Assembly: GCA_030950485.1 (NCBI GenBank)
Contig: JAUZRK010000025.1
Coordinates: forward strand, 8,236-72,235
DNA: 64,000 bases
Direction: 5' to 3'
DNA from: Candidatus Dojkabacteria bacterium
GTDB lineage: Bacteria > Patescibacteriota > Dojkabacteria > J137
Below the pieces are notes generated by a model. It saw only the letters and a list, made by a program, of their open reading frames with translations, was not told the origin of the DNA and did not search any database. The position numbers and the translations under genes are program-made. This document shows positions 60,260 through 64,000 of this stretch, one piece after another (position 1 is the first letter of the stretch; the number at the start of each line of letters is the position of its first letter).

Positions 60260-61027
60260 ATGGAGCTGATGAATATAGGTGATAAAAAAACAAGACAAAA
60301 TAACATAGCATTTGTATATGGCAAAAGAGCTATAAAGTCTGTTTGTTCGAATAAAAATGTATTTTTATCACAGATAATCTCTTCATTTGCAATATTACTT
60401 TTAGCTTTTTTTACTATTAAAGTAACTAAGGAAGAGTTTGATCAGTTTTATGTTAATGCAGAAAACAGTTTACAGTTAGAACTTACAGAAGCAAATGATG
60501 TGATTATTAGTAGAGATGAAAGTGTCAAACTTGAATATTCATCTTCAAAATCAAAACTAATTGAAGAAGATGTTCGAGTATATGTTTTAAATGAGTACTT
60601 TAAAAGCAGAAACTCTCCACTAGTTGGAGAAGCTCATCATTTTGTATACTACTGCGACTATTATGGAGCTCCGAAAGATTGTATTTCTGTAGCTGCTATA
60701 GCAAGGCATGAAACTGATCTGTGCAAATATCATACTTCTTATGATGAAAAGAACTGCTGGGGCTGGGGTGGCCCTCCTGGGTATAGATATAAGTTTGATA
60801 GCATAGAGCAAGGTATTGAAACGGCAACTAGGGTATTAGTTCAGCAATATGGTAATTATTACATGATAAATCCAGCGGAGATGGAAGATGTATTTTGTGG
60901 ACCAGGTCCAGAATGTATAGGATGGGGATTTCGAGTTTCGCAAATTATGAGAGAAATGGATGATTTCTCATATGCACTTGGCGTAGGTAGGCTTACAGAC
61001 TTCAATCAACCAGTGTTTAGATACTAG
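60260..61027 (+). CDS. putative cell-wall hydrolase (glucosaminidase/lysozyme-like) with N-terminal TM anchor
   Basis: AAIARHETDL...NCWGWGGPP...YGNYYM loosely resembles glucosaminidase domain. Confidence 0.35.
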   Translation: MELMNIGDKKTRQNNIAFVYGKRAIKSVCSNKNVFLSQIISSFAILLLAFFTIKVTKEEFDQFYVNAENSLQLELTEANDVIISRDESVKLEYSSSKSKLIEEDVRVYVLNEYFKSRNSPLVGEAHHFVYYCDYYGAPKDCISVAAIARHETDLCKYHTSYDEKNCWGWGGPPGYRYKFDSIEQGIETATRVLVQQYGNYYMINPAEMEDVFCGPGPECIGWGFRVSQIMREMDDFSYALGVGRLTDFNQPVFRY

Positions 61028-61788
61028 TTAAAAATAAACCCTAGAATAAAGGGAAGCCTTTTATTTTTACCAAATGCAATATCAGGATTGGTTCTTGAAT
61101 AAAGTGCGACTGAGGATCCACCATCCAAATTTAATACAGTTATGGGTTCATTTAATTCTTCCAAATCTAATAAATCATTAGTTAGATCTGTTAGAGAGTA
61201 TGGTGTTGTAGTAATTCCTATGAATTTTTTACTTCCTGATGTTCCTAAAAATGATCTAAAATGTTTTGTTTTTCCATTTAGAGAGTTATCTATTAACTCA
61301 GTCTGAATTAAATTATCTGAAATAAATAACGGGCCTGATTGAAATGCATTAGCTAGATTTTCATCTAGTTGGTAATATTCTTCTGTACTTAGAAAATCAA
61401 ATTTATCAAGATCTAATACATGAGTAAGTTGTTCGTCTCCTCTTGAAAGGCCAGAATAGACATTATTATCTATTACTAATAAACCCGCATGCTCGTTTTC
61501 CTTTGTAAAATAACCTGCGTTAATAGCTATATCAAATTCATTAACTTCTGAATAATCAGCGAAATTAAGCTCTAAATTTTCTCGCAAATTGAGAATATAA
61601 TCTGCTTCATTGAATATAAATAGGTGTATATTATTTCTTTTTAGATAAGTATATTTGTCCGTTGGATTCTTAGCTAAAACCTCGTTTTGATTTGAGGTAT
61701 TAACTTTAGGTTGGTCTCTATTTTGTGAGTCTTGGATTAAAACAAATGCAGTTATAATTAGAAGAATTAGTGTTAGTTTGAATTTCAT
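61024..61788 (-). CDS. phosphodiester glycosidase family (DUF2233/NAGPA-like) secreted protein
   Basis: Signal peptide; INAGYF...GLLVIDN...NLDGGSSVALY motifs. Confidence 0.6.
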   Translation of the reverse strand: MKFKLTLILLIITAFVLIQDSQNRDQPKVNTSNQNEVLAKNPTDKYTYLKRNNIHLFIFNEADYILNLRENLELNFADYSEVNEFDIAINAGYFTKENEHAGLLVIDNNVYSGLSRGDEQLTHVLDLDKFDFLSTEEYYQLDENLANAFQSGPLFISDNLIQTELIDNSLNGKTKHFRSFLGTSGSKKFIGITTTPYSLTDLTNDLLDLEELNEPITVLNLDGGSSVALYSRTNPDIAFGKNKRLPFILGFIFN

Positions 61789-61798
61789 TATATTGAAG

Positions 61799-61873
61799 TG
61801 GTGAGTTGGGCGTGACTCGAACCCGCAACCAATGGCTTAAAAGGCCACTGCTCTACCATTGAGCTACCAACCC
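61799..61873 (-). tRNA. tRNA-Lys (TTT), CCA encoded
   Basis: Near-identical to tRNA-Lys(CTT) at 28399-28473 except anticodon loop CTTTTAA and T-stem; ACCA 3' end. Confidence 0.85.
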
Positions 61874-61957
61874 TTGATTTTTAACTTCTATTTTAAACTG
61901 CGAAAGAATTATATCATCATTTTTTTTGAATAGCTATATTTTCTAAGAGCTACAACT

Positions 61958-62785
61958 CTAGTACATATACAGTAGTGACAAGATTAATATTAATACAACT
62001 ATGTACTCAAAGAAAATATCTTTATCGTATTTATGTTCTAGATCATGAACTATATAGCTACTTAATAAGTAGTAATAAATACTTGTTATTAGAGCATAGG
62101 CTATTGGTGCAACACTAATTTTATTCGCTAGTATCATTATGAAAAAATAACATGCTGTTCCAGTAAATGAATAGAGAATACTTTTCTTTGAGAGATTATG
62201 TCTAAATAGAGTCATGAAGTTTAAAAATAGAATTACACAAGTTCCTATAACTAAGCTAATGTAAAAGCTATAGTCATTTCTTTTACCAAAATTAAATATA
62301 TTATCAATCCATAAATATGAAAAGATAATACTCAAACTATCATAAATATAATTTGTTGATTTATTGATACTAATATTATTTTTATAGAACGAATGAATAT
62401 TTTCAAATAAAATTAAAAATAGAACAAAGCTTAATACTATAAAGAAAAGATAAAACTCAATTCCTTTATTAAAATATATAAAAATCACTATAGACCAATA
62501 AAGTAAGCTTGGAAAAAATAAGTGATGTATTACTTGTAATATGTTGTGATGTTTAAAATTATAGAAAATTTTCTTATTTGTTGTATGCTTCTCGTGATAA
62601 AAATTAGTTGTTATAAATAGTTCTAACAAAATTATTAAAAAGATAGTAATTGCGAATGTGAAGAAGTACTTATCTGGTAGAAGCTCGAATATTATTACTA
62701 ACAGACCTAAGCCGAAAGCTAAAAGAGCTGAATATACTATTGCTCTTTTCTCCCAATGTAAAATTTCTTTAGTTAAGTTTATCAT
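61958..62785 (-). CDS. hypothetical polytopic membrane protein
   Basis: 275 aa, about 8 TM helices. Confidence 0.45.
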   Translation of the reverse strand: MINLTKEILHWEKRAIVYSALLAFGLGLLVIIFELLPDKYFFTFAITIFLIILLELFITTNFYHEKHTTNKKIFYNFKHHNILQVIHHLFFPSLLYWSIVIFIYFNKGIEFYLFFIVLSFVLFLILFENIHSFYKNNISINKSTNYIYDSLSIIFSYLWIDNIFNFGKRNDYSFYISLVIGTCVILFLNFMTLFRHNLSKKSILYSFTGTACYFFIMILANKISVAPIAYALITSIYYYLLSSYIVHDLEHKYDKDIFFEYIVVLILILSLLYMY

Positions 62786-62786
62786 C

Positions 62787-64000
62787 TTATAAAATACTTC
62801 CTGTTATACCCCCAATTGATAGAGTAGTAAAAGCTATTAAGAGAATTGAAAGATGTAGATGTGATTTGCTCCTTCTTACATCTAGCATATTTGTCTTCTT
62901 TAAATAAAAATAGTCAATTAATAATAAAATTGCTAAATATAAAATAAATATTATTGCAACGCTTGATTTTAAACTTTTAACATTTATACCTTCTATTTCT
63001 TCTTTTTCGTCAGCAGTTTTATTCAACTCATTTAGAATATCTTTAGAAAAAAGCTCAAACTGTTGTTTATTACCTGCTAAATCTTCAATATAAAATAATG
63101 TTGATTCTGTATCCAGAATAGAAGAACTTACAGTTACTCTCCAAAAATCTTCAGCAATCTCCTTCATTTTATATCCTGATTTGTTTAGACTTAAAGTACT
63201 TATATCTTCACTAACTGGAATATAAATTAAAATATTGTCATTCTTTTTTTCATAAGTAATATCTGATAAGTACAAGAAAGGCTTTTCAGTATCTACTGAT
63301 ATCTTTATTTCCTTAGAATCTTGATTTATCTGAGATACGTTTATTCTATTTTCTCCTTCATTTAAATCAAAACTTGGTTTGTAATAGTAAGCTCCTCCAT
63401 TGGGAAGAATTCTACCCACTTCCTGTTGGTTTACCTTAAGTAGTACTTCATCTCCAGTAGGAGCCCCTCCATTGATCTCAGGTCTAAGTGTATTAATTAT
63501 GCTTCCGTCAACTGGACTGTCAATACTTAATTCCTGATTTAAAGAGTTTATATCTCCAGCAGCAGCCACCTGTAAGCTTTTGCTTGCTGGCTTTCCAAAA
63601 TGTACAATTAAGATAGTATTGTTAGACTTACCTTGATAGTCACCAGTTATAATTCCAAATCCGATTTCCTCATAGTTAGGGTTAAGTATATTATCTCTGT
63701 GAGTTTTACTGTTCATCCAAGCATTCATTGTTGAGTCAACTCCTGTAAAACCTTCAGCCAAATTTTCGCCAATATGAATATAATCATAATCAACGTCAAA
63801 AAAGAAATCTCTCCAATCTTTACCATCTGGACAATAATGTGACCAGCAGTTATTTTCTAACATTACCCTACCTTTATTACTTGCAGATATACTTAATTTT
63901 GTATTTAATTTTAGAGGACTTAATCCATTTGATTCCCTTACCTGGTTATGACTTTCTAGTAGCTCGTTTATTTCAAAAGAAGCACTAGTTTTAGTATAGG
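62787..64000 (-). CDS. CAP/SCP/PR-1-like domain secreted protein with C-terminal TM anchor (5' end beyond window)
   Basis: HIGENLAEGF...WMNSKTHRDNILNPNYEEIGFG CAP signatures; frame stays open upstream of Met 63863 to the window edge (..FEINELLESHNQVRESNGLSPL..). Confidence 0.65.
   Translation of the reverse strand, partial: YTKTSASFEINELLESHNQVRESNGLSPLKLNTKLSISASNKGRVMLENNCWSHYCPDGKDWRDFFFDVDYDYIHIGENLAEGFTGVDSTMNAWMNSKTHRDNILNPNYEEIGFGIITGDYQGKSNNTILIVHFGKPASKSLQVAAAGDINSLNQELSIDSPVDGSIINTLRPEINGGAPTGDEVLLKVNQQEVGRILPNGGAYYYKPSFDLNEGENRINVSQINQDSKEIKISVDTEKPFLYLSDITYEKKNDNILIYIPVSEDISTLSLNKSGYKMKEIAEDFWRVTVSSSILDTESTLFYIEDLAGNKQQFELFSKDILNELNKTADEKEEIEGINVKSLKSSVAIIFILYLAILLLIDYFYLKKTNMLDVRRSKSHLHLSILLIAFTTLSIGGITGSIL

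Noticed and set aside
1-64000. Stop-codon reassignment or an alternative genetic code (for example code 25 or 4) as the explanation for in-frame stops
   Set aside because: All three stop codons occur in-frame in different genes, and all three also terminate clearly intact genes (gpmI TAG, ino1 TGA, pyk TAA). Long housekeeping ORFs are uninterrupted. Frameshifts and deletions accompany the nonsense codons. Pseudogenisation is the simpler explanation.
1-64000. CRISPR arrays, rRNA genes, integrons or retrons
   Set aside because: No regularly spaced direct repeats, no rRNA-like conserved stretches, and no reverse-transcriptase or cas-like ORFs are visible.

Overview
This 64-kb window comes from an AT-rich bacterial genome, roughly 30% GC by eye. 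It is compact, has almost no Shine-Dalgarno signals, and has few canonical terminators. Intact genes end in TAA, TAG and TGA, so the standard code applies.

Intact housekeeping genes are present: gpmI, pyk, glyA, folD, typA/bipA, gatC, pth, thpR, a yhaM-like gene, a xerC/D-like recombinase and two ABC-F ATPases. There are five tRNAs: His-GTG, Lys-CTT, Arg-TCT, Gln-CTG and Lys-TTT. Many hypothetical secreted or membrane proteins and a cell-envelope hydrolase cluster at the 3' end fill much of the rest.

The most striking property is a very high density of decayed genes. About 14 loci carry in-frame nonsense codons at conserved residues, frameshifts or truncations. They are a dnaQ-like exonuclease, a LysR regulator, MIPS/ino1, a roughly 600-aa secreted protein, a DHFR-family gene, Tex fused to an IS200/RAYT-like tnpA remnant, an MFS DHA2 transporter, an HI0933 flavoprotein, an intradiol dioxygenase, a methyltransferase, CvfB and others. 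This pattern points to ongoing reductive evolution or relaxed selection on accessory functions.

The best candidate for an undescribed functional system is a tightly packed four-gene minus-strand operon at 9568-13167. Its stop and start codons overlap, and it encodes a ThrC-like PLP enzyme, a membrane-anchored SAM methyltransferase, an ATP-grasp ligase and an NlpC/P60 papain-like amidase.

Other points of interest are tandem BtaA/DUF3419-like paralogs, an IS200-like hairpin whose core recurs in the pyk terminator, a GC-rich structured-RNA candidate, and a 41-bp palindrome in a divergent promoter.
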